Shown here one piece after another: positions 57,789 through 64,000 of a stretch of 64,000 nt of DNA. The notes under the pieces were generated by a model that saw only the letters and a program-made list of their open reading frames with translations, was not told the origin of the DNA and made no database searches. Source of the stretch: Patescibacteria group bacterium. GTDB lineage: Bacteria; Patescibacteriota; Patescibacteriia; GWA2-46-9. A program made the translations under genes and the position numbers. The stretch spans positions 29,898 to 93,897 of the forward strand of contig JBAYUF010000004.1 of the NCBI GenBank assembly GCA_041675205.1, written 5' to 3'. Each line of letters opens with the position of its first letter. Within the stretch, counting starts at the first letter, position 1.

Positions 57789-59552
57789 TTACGACACCAA
57801 CCACTGCTGGACTGCTCGAAACTTTTGTATATACGAACGTGTCTCTGTTCGTAAGCCATAGGTGCTGTTAACTGTTGTCTGCCAAGCATTACCGAAACGA
57901 GAAATGGCCAAGCGAATTCTACCCGGGCCGCCGTTATATGCCGCTGCTAAGGCTTCGGCCACAACGACATTGAACAATTCTGGATTACTGGTTATGTACT
58001 GCTGCACCGAGCTTTCAAGTGACGCCGCATTTGCATCGTGATACAGCGCCATGGCCTTAAACCCATTCACATGATTAACCATACCAGAGCGAAAATCTGG
58101 AATGAGCTTTGCCGAAGGATACAATCGAGTAATGCCGCTATACGTACTGCTGATAAATTGCGCTAGTCCGAATGCTCCGGCCGACGAGCCTGAAAATTGG
58201 TAACTATCTTCGCGGTTCGTTGCAAGAATAGCGAAAACTTTATTAACCACCGCATCCTTATTACTAGCGTTCACAAATTCTGTTGTATCCATGTGTTCTA
58301 TGAGCGCAATAGCTTTTAGCAAATTAGGGTCAGCAAAATCAGCCACCAAACCATTATGCGAGCGTGAACGAACGCCAAGTTGCCGCAGTTCTGTAGTCGC
58401 CTGAGTAACGACACTATCAAGGTAGCTGCGGCCAGACGCGACAATCACGGGGTCTAAGAAAGCAGTATTAAATGGCACGTAGACTTCTTCTGTTGGTGGA
58501 AATGTACCTAATGACCCGGGTGGAGCATCAAAAATCGGGAATCGATTGGCGAGCACTTTGTACCCTGTTGGCGAGGTTACCGTGTACTGCACATTTACCC
58601 CATTACCACTGTCGTAGCGCACATTAAACCCTGGCGTGCGCGATACCGCCTTCGGAACAGTCCGTATACTGCCGCCACTAGCCACACGTTCGGTGGTGAG
58701 CACAACCTGCACAAGTCGCATCTCGTTGTTTTGTTCGTGCCACGCGGCGAGTAATACCTCTCTATCAGCCGGTACGGTATCCGTCCACTGACGCACAAGT
58801 GAACCTGAACCGACAACAGGCAAACCACGCTGCTCGAGTGCAGCTAACGTTTTGGGGCCCACGGTACCAACTTGTTCTATTGCAACTGCTTTTTGAAATG
58901 CCAGAACAGCTGCTTCGGTAGCTGGACCAAAAATCCCATTCGGCGTAATTGTTTTTGGGAAATACCCTAAGGTTTGCAAAATCCGCTGCACCGCCTCAAC
59001 GTCGCTGCCGCTAACACCAGCAGTAAGTGTGCGAGCTATTCCTGCTTGCTTTTCTTGCAAGTACACCGGCGCAGCAGCGTGGAGGAGTGCGCGAGCTTCA
59101 CTCACCTTGTCGAGAAGCGGATGCACGCTTTGGGGTGGTGGTGTTTGGCTGCCGGGAGCGTCGTACCAGGTTAACTCTAATTGGTTTAGAATTGCTATTT
59201 CGTCCCACGCAAACCCCTGCGCTAAAAAATCCGCGGCAGAAGTAATTGCAATACGTTGCCCGCTTGTAATAGAAAAAACGGCCGGACTGTTCGCTAATTT
59301 TATGACGCGCGTCTGCGGTAGAGCATCAAACGCCGCACGGTCAAGTAAACGAACGTCGGCAAAACGAAAACCGTAGGAATTAAAGATGGCTTCATTTGGA
59401 ATGTGACGTTTCCGTTGTTTTGAAATTACGTACACACGACTATCGCCCGCTACCTGCCACAGTGAGCCTTCGGGGAATAGCGTTTCCGCTGCAACGGTAG
59501 GTCCTGAAACAGTGGTGAACAAAGTAAAGACCGACACTATGATGAGTGCCAC
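57789..59552 (-). CDS. Secreted peptidoglycan-binding / lytic transglycosylase-like protein
   Basis: G.DV..VQ..L..LGY...G.FGP.T.AAV..FQ (PG-binding); GAFGLAQF and AAYNGGPG (SLT-like); start uncertain. Confidence 0.85.
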   Translation of the reverse strand: MALIIVSVFTLFTTVSGPTVAAETLFPEGSLWQVAGDSRVYVISKQRKRHIPNEAIFNSYGFRFADVRLLDRAAFDALPQTRVIKLANSPAVFSITSGQRIAITSAADFLAQGFAWDEIAILNQLELTWYDAPGSQTPPPQSVHPLLDKVSEARALLHAAAPVYLQEKQAGIARTLTAGVSGSDVEAVQRILQTLGYFPKTITPNGIFGPATEAAVLAFQKAVAIEQVGTVGPKTLAALEQRGLPVVGSGSLVRQWTDTVPADREVLLAAWHEQNNEMRLVQVVLTTERVASGGSIRTVPKAVSRTPGFNVRYDSGNGVNVQYTVTSPTGYKVLANRFPIFDAPPGSLGTFPPTEEVYVPFNTAFLDPVIVASGRSYLDSVVTQATTELRQLGVRSRSHNGLVADFADPNLLKAIALIEHMDTTEFVNASNKDAVVNKVFAILATNREDSYQFSGSSAGAFGLAQFISSTYSGITRLYPSAKLIPDFRSGMVNHVNGFKAMALYHDANAASLESSVQQYITSNPELFNVVVAEALAAAYNGGPGRIRLAISRFGNAWQTTVNSTYGLRTETRSYIQKFRAVQQWLVS

Positions 59553-59818
59553 GCGATACGAATGTATTTTTTGAAAACGTAAAATATTCAGAACTTTTTC
59601 TTAAACTACAATACTTTTTTTAGTATACTACACAATGAAAGACTTTCGTTATTTCATAATGCGGTTTCTGTAAATTTGAAATGTATAAAGACAGCGGCGA
59701 ATGGGTCAGCATCGCCAACCTCCCCGCCCTTCGCGTATTGTCTTCACCACTTATTTGAAGCGTTGCTGAGATAAATAGATGTATTCAAAATTTTTTGTTA
59801 TACTTTTTGCTATTATAT

Positions 59819-60511
59819 ATGATACCAATTTTCTTAATTGCCGCCGTCATAAATGTTTTATTATCGACGGCAATTGTTATTCGTTTACGAAGTTCTTTTC
59901 AAAATAACGAAAAAGCAACCGCGAATAAACTTTTTATACTTTTTTACGAATTTTTTGGCTGCGCCTGGGTTGCGTGGACACTCGTCTACCTGGTTGATGA
60001 CCCCTATGGGAAAAATGCTTTGGATATAGTGGGTTACTTTCTATTAATTTTTTCAACGGCATTTATCGTGCAGGTACCCCTACTGCTTAGGCAAAAAAGG
60101 GCTGCTGCATTTTTTTTCTCAATACTTGAATTGCTTATTGCACTAATTTACGCCCTTGGTCGTGTAATGTATTTCCATCCTATGGCGCTTGCCACCACCG
60201 CACCTTTTTATATGTGGATACCAACTGAAGAAAACCAACTTATTTATTTATTGGGAATTAGTACCGTACCTGGAGCAATTGCCATATCGGTTACTTTTTA
60301 CATTATGGGGAAAAATGCATCATCCCAAATTAGAAAAAAATCTGTTTACCTTGCACTTGGAAAATTTGTTTTGCTTCTGGCGGCAATTATTGCTTTTTTT
60401 ATAGTGCCCTACCAAAATACGTTGCTTGTTTATACCCTCGCGGCATTCCTAGTTTCAACAAGTCTGCTTCTAACTTTTTTTACCATAAAACACTTTCAAG
60501 TAACCAGCTGA
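59819..60511 (+). CDS. Stand-alone ~7-TM membrane protein
   Basis: AT-rich ORF with about 7 hydrophobic helices. Confidence 0.65.
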   Translation: MIPIFLIAAVINVLLSTAIVIRLRSSFQNNEKATANKLFILFYEFFGCAWVAWTLVYLVDDPYGKNALDIVGYFLLIFSTAFIVQVPLLLRQKRAAAFFFSILELLIALIYALGRVMYFHPMALATTAPFYMWIPTEENQLIYLLGISTVPGAIAISVTFYIMGKNASSQIRKKSVYLALGKFVLLLAAIIAFFIVPYQNTLLVYTLAAFLVSTSLLLTFFTIKHFQVTS

Positions 60512-61320
60512 CGGTACTTCATTTTATACTCCTTCAGGTTCGCTACGATAATAAAGCTGATGATAACGAGGAGTGACCATGAACTCACTTTGCCAGGGTG
60601 CACAAGCGTCCAGGTAACCGCTTGGTCTGGGTACTGCCACGCACCAAAAAACGTTGCTACATTTTCAGCTATCCAAATAAAGAAGCCAATGAGTACGAAA
60701 GAGAGTGGTAGCGGCATTGAAAACTCTTTTTTCGTCACCGTAAAGTAAACCTTTGTGCGATAAAATACTACGAGCACAAGGAGTGCCAACAGCCAACGAA
60801 AATCGTAAACGTAGTGATGCGTGAAAAAATTAAGATAAATCGCTGCGGCGAGTGGGACAGTAATTGCTTGCCCAGGACTCCCCGTTAGGCGCAGGTGGAA
60901 AAGTTTCCAGGCTTGGCTAATGTAGCTGCCAACAGCGGCGTACATAAAGCCGCTGTAGAGTGGCACGCTAAAAATTTTCAAGTAACCAAATTCAGGGTAC
61001 GTCCACGAACCAATTTCTGGTCGAGTCTTAAAGACTTCCAGAACAAAACCGACCACATGGAACAGGGCAATCGTTTTTGCTTCGTCTGTGGTTTCTAATT
61101 TTGTCCAAATGAGGACTGCTTGAATTACTACAGCGCCAAGAAAAATGAAGTCATACCGAGGCAGCGGGCCAAGCGGTATAACCGTTGAAACAAAAAGCAA
61201 CGCAAAAAAAGAACCAGCGAACACGCAAGCTCGGGCTTGCTTTAAACCAAAAATTATTGCTTCACGAATAAACACGTATTTACTGTTTTCGAACTGGATT
61301 TTTAAAAGATGTGTAGGCAC
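60496..61320 (-). CDS. DUF817 (YoaT-like) membrane protein
   Basis: FGLKQA.AC.F, RYD, FH..G..LE.FK, VPLYSGFMYAAVGSY, IWIAEN; start uncertain. Confidence 0.88.
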   Translation of the reverse strand: MPTHLLKIQFENSKYVFIREAIIFGLKQARACVFAGSFFALLFVSTVIPLGPLPRYDFIFLGAVVIQAVLIWTKLETTDEAKTIALFHVVGFVLEVFKTRPEIGSWTYPEFGYLKIFSVPLYSGFMYAAVGSYISQAWKLFHLRLTGSPGQAITVPLAAAIYLNFFTHHYVYDFRWLLALLVLVVFYRTKVYFTVTKKEFSMPLPLSFVLIGFFIWIAENVATFFGAWQYPDQAVTWTLVHPGKVSSWSLLVIISFIIVANLKEYKMKYRQLVT

Positions 61321-61540
61321 CAATGAACCGAGGTTTTCTGCCCCCGTCAGGCCACTCGACAAGTTCAGTAAATTCCTTCAAATCGCGATAGTAAACAAGT
61401 CCATCTTTTAGAGAGATGTATACGACTGCCTTGTTCCCCTCTCGTGCGTTGGTCGATTCAGTGGCAACAAAAAGAACACGGTATGTTCCCCCTTTATAGT
61501 GCTGATACATTCCTGGAGTAACTTCTAGGTCGTGAGGCAT
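61280..61540 (-). CDS. DUF1653 domain protein
   Basis: G.YQHYKG..Y.V..A, VVY, R...EF...V, PRF. Confidence 0.85.
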   Translation of the reverse strand: MPHDLEVTPGMYQHYKGGTYRVLFVATESTNAREGNKAVVYISLKDGLVYYRDLKEFTELVEWPDGGRKPRFIGAYTSFKNPVRKQ

Positions 61541-61638
61541 ATCCAAAGTATAGCTCATCAAAATGTAAAAAGGACGAAAGGCGGGTCGGTCGGCGTTGCC
61601 AACTTCCCCGCCTCTCTCGTGATCCTGGCTGAGTAGTC

Positions 61639-61860
61639 TCAGCTTCTGGAAGGTTTGATGAGACCTTCCCTGACGCAAAGCACGGCCGCCTGCGTGCGGT
61701 TCTTGACGCCGATCTTGCGGAAAATCCGCTTGAGCTCTGACTTGATGGTCTCGGCCGAGACCTTCAGGTCCCTGGCAATCTCCGCATTCTTGAGGCCATC
61801 CGAAACCAGCCCCAGCACCTTCTTTTCATGATCGGTGAGCTGAAAACCATTGGCGTTCAT
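61639..61860 (-). CDS. Stand-alone LuxR-type HTH protein (cassette 9)
   Basis: LT..E..VL.LV..GL.N.EIA..L.VS.ETIK....IF.K.GV.NRTQAA; AGGAG SD; TTGACA at 61940-61935; hairpin 61576-61616. Confidence 0.88.
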   Translation of the reverse strand: MNANGFQLTDHEKKVLGLVSDGLKNAEIARDLKVSAETIKSELKRIFRKIGVKNRTQAAVLCVREGLIKPSRS

Positions 61861-62013
61861 GGAACTCTCCTGGAAACATAGTACCTTCCCATGGGCAGAA
61901 GGTCCGGTGCCAAGTTTTCATACATACACCAAAGTGTCAAGATTAACACGGCATATTAAATACCCAAGCGAATGCAATTGTATCAATTGATAGTACGGAA
62001 TCGTTGCCAGAAA

Positions 62014-63414
62014 TCAGCGCGCGACCTGTTCAATTACCTTATAGGCAAAGAAGATAAAGAAAACAGAAATGCACGCCAGCAATATATTTGTAATTATTCC
62101 TGGTCGTATTTCCCTCTCTAGTTTAGTGTTGTTCAAATACAGAAGCATTGGCGTATATACAGCCATACTAAGGCCGCCCAGCACGCCGGAGATTGTAAGG
62201 AGCACGAGTGGCTGCTTCATGGGGAGGAGTAAAGCCCCGAGCAGCACAACCACGGTTATTACTCCGTAATAAAGCTGACTTAAACTGAGACGACTAAAAA
62301 CCCTGAATGCTCGCTGATTGCCGCCGGCGCGAGAATTAGTATAGACAATGTCGCTCACCATGCGCGTCAACGCATCAATCACCGTCCACATAACTGAGAA
62401 GAGCATTAGGAACGCCATGACGAGAAAAAGTTTATAACCAACAATACCCCACTGATCGCCAAAAATATGGGCTTGTACCACCGCCACAGCAAAACCTTCC
62501 GGTACTAAACCACGCGGCACTAACACGGCATGCGCATTTGCGCTGAGTAGCACGAGCGTGATGAAACCAAGGAGCCAAAATATTAATCCCTGATCAATAT
62601 TGATATACCGCATCCACCCCCGCCACCGCTGCAGATTTTCTGGTGTCAAAGCAAATGTATAACCCGTAGCTGCGGCGGCTTCCTGTCTACCAGTAATGGG
62701 ATTCACAATTCGTCCCACGTATTTCCCCATACCGATTTGTTTGTCGCGGTACCACAAACCGACACAAAGATTAAGCATGCCACCGGCACCGGCAAAAACA
62801 ATGGCCCCGAGGAGCACATTAAAATCAACACCATCTGGAATATAACCAAAACGGGTTACCCCGCGCGCCACAGCCAAAACATCTTCCCATCCTAAATTAA
62901 CAAAACTAATAACTACCAGGATGACAAAGAAGGCGGGCACGGTCACTTTGAGCGAGCGCTCCAGCATGCGGTACGCCACGTGCCCGCTAAACGTTAAAAC
63001 GAGAACCAAACCAAGGGCAACGAATGACCAAAGATAGTGGCTCCCGAAACCAAATAATTCAAGCAGCGTCGTTCCAATAGCGCTCGCCCACCCTGGCCAT
63101 ATATATAAGAGAATTGCGGCTACCAACCAAAAGTAAGGTGACCAACGAAAAAACCGAGCTGAGGTTGTGAAGAATCCTTCACCAGTCGCAATCGCATGCC
63201 GAGCAACTTCTTTATTAAGAACGTATTGGCAACTTATGCCAACGAGCGCAAGCCACAGTAAATCTAAACCATGTTTGGTTACTAAATGCGGCCAAAGAAT
63301 CAACTCGCCTGTTCCCATGGCAAGCCCCATGACCACAATGCCGACCCCAATGGCTTTCGACCAATGCGGCGGCTCCGGTAATTCGCGTTGTTCTAATGAC
63401 GGGAAAGTATCCAT
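62014..63414 (-). CDS. Nramp-like (YcsG-type) transporter
   Basis: About 11 TM; G.G.....GTGE.ILWP. Confidence 0.8.
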   Translation of the reverse strand: MDTFPSLEQRELPEPPHWSKAIGVGIVVMGLAMGTGELILWPHLVTKHGLDLLWLALVGISCQYVLNKEVARHAIATGEGFFTTSARFFRWSPYFWLVAAILLYIWPGWASAIGTTLLELFGFGSHYLWSFVALGLVLVLTFSGHVAYRMLERSLKVTVPAFFVILVVISFVNLGWEDVLAVARGVTRFGYIPDGVDFNVLLGAIVFAGAGGMLNLCVGLWYRDKQIGMGKYVGRIVNPITGRQEAAAATGYTFALTPENLQRWRGWMRYINIDQGLIFWLLGFITLVLLSANAHAVLVPRGLVPEGFAVAVVQAHIFGDQWGIVGYKLFLVMAFLMLFSVMWTVIDALTRMVSDIVYTNSRAGGNQRAFRVFSRLSLSQLYYGVITVVVLLGALLLPMKQPLVLLTISGVLGGLSMAVYTPMLLYLNNTKLEREIRPGIITNILLACISVFFIFFAYKVIEQVAR

Positions 63415-63448
63415 TGATAAACTTTAAAATTATTAATCACCAGTGACT

Positions 63449-64000
63449 TCATGCGGTACTCACTCTAAGTATTTTAATTACTCTTGTCACTTGATGCAGC
63501 CGATTCACTTCAGCAATAGCAATGGTATCAGCAACAAAGGTGCAACGAAGTTTACTGAGTTTTCTGGCAACTATTTTTGCAGCATCCGCTTCAATAAACA
63601 TTCCTAGTGTTAGATGAGGATTAAAGAACTTAAGTAGATGTTGTGTGCCATATCGCTGACGATACAAAACCTCGAGCTTGGTAGGCATACGGCCTTTACT
63701 GGTCCAGGGCATCTCACCCGTTCTAAAATCTTTACACTGCGCCACGATCTTGCGATGCAGAAAATTGAGTTCTTTAGGTTTTGATAGGTTAAGAGAAATT
63801 GAATTATTGGAGTGAACAATAATTCCGCAAGACCGAACAACTTGTGGCTGGTAATTGTCGAGTAATTTTTTTACCGTTGCTTCTACTTTTTTTATGTTTG
63901 CAACCGAAGTACGAATATGAAAAAGGCTAAGATGTGGAATTAATTTTCTATTATCAACTAGGAACTTAGATGTATAAGCTCGACTCTCGTTGCGAACCTG
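63449..64000 (-). CDS. 2H phosphoesterase family protein (5'-partial, runs off the window)
   Basis: Frame is open to the window edge; hand translation shows PHLSL and PHLTL, the two H-x-S/T motifs. Confidence 0.75.
   Translation of the reverse strand, partial: QVRNESRAYTSKFLVDNRKLIPHLSLFHIRTSVANIKKVEATVKKLLDNYQPQVVRSCGIIVHSNNSISLNLSKPKELNFLHRKIVAQCKDFRTGEMPWTSKGRMPTKLEVLYRQRYGTQHLLKFFNPHLTLGMFIEADAAKIVARKLSKLRCTFVADTIAIAEVNRLHQVTRVIKILRVSTA

Noticed and set aside
59690-59775. Fluoride-riboswitch-like GGCGA..TCGCC stem, or tiny ORFs
   Set aside because: Conserved downstream riboswitch elements are not recognisable, no crcB/eriC gene is adjacent, and the ORFs lack support.

Overview
A 64-kb chromosomal segment that looks like a Patescibacteria (CPR) genome read in genetic code 11. 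The taxonomy is inferred from the CPR-type pilin, eukaryote-type GlyRS, lexA-dinB cassette, repeat-rich secreted proteins and sparse metabolism. The backbone carries translation genes (valS, tyrS, argS, glyS, infC-rpmI-rplT, smpB, tmRNA, tRNA-Asp, typA, DEAD-box helicase, ABC-F). It also carries envelope, metal and stress genes (lgt, uppP, DedA, ZIP, Fur, P1B ATPase, CorC, Nramp-like, photolyase, ECF sigma, CspA, RRM). No integrase, transposase, reverse transcriptase or CRISPR array is visible. Two patterns stand out. (1) Backbone genes lack Shine-Dalgarno (SD) sites and many look leaderless (TAnnnT box 6-7 nt before ATG). In contrast, nine self-contained, mostly orphan cassettes sit between backbone genes, each with a TTG-type -35/-10 promoter, an SD site, visibly GC-richer coding sequence and a long 3' hairpin, often on a GGCGGG/CCCGCC base stem. 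Several encode tiny proteins missing from the ORF track. (2) tRNA-Asp is flanked by two defective copies whose arms are overwritten by TCCCG-N-CGGGA mini-hairpins, directly upstream of a small GIY-YIG nuclease.
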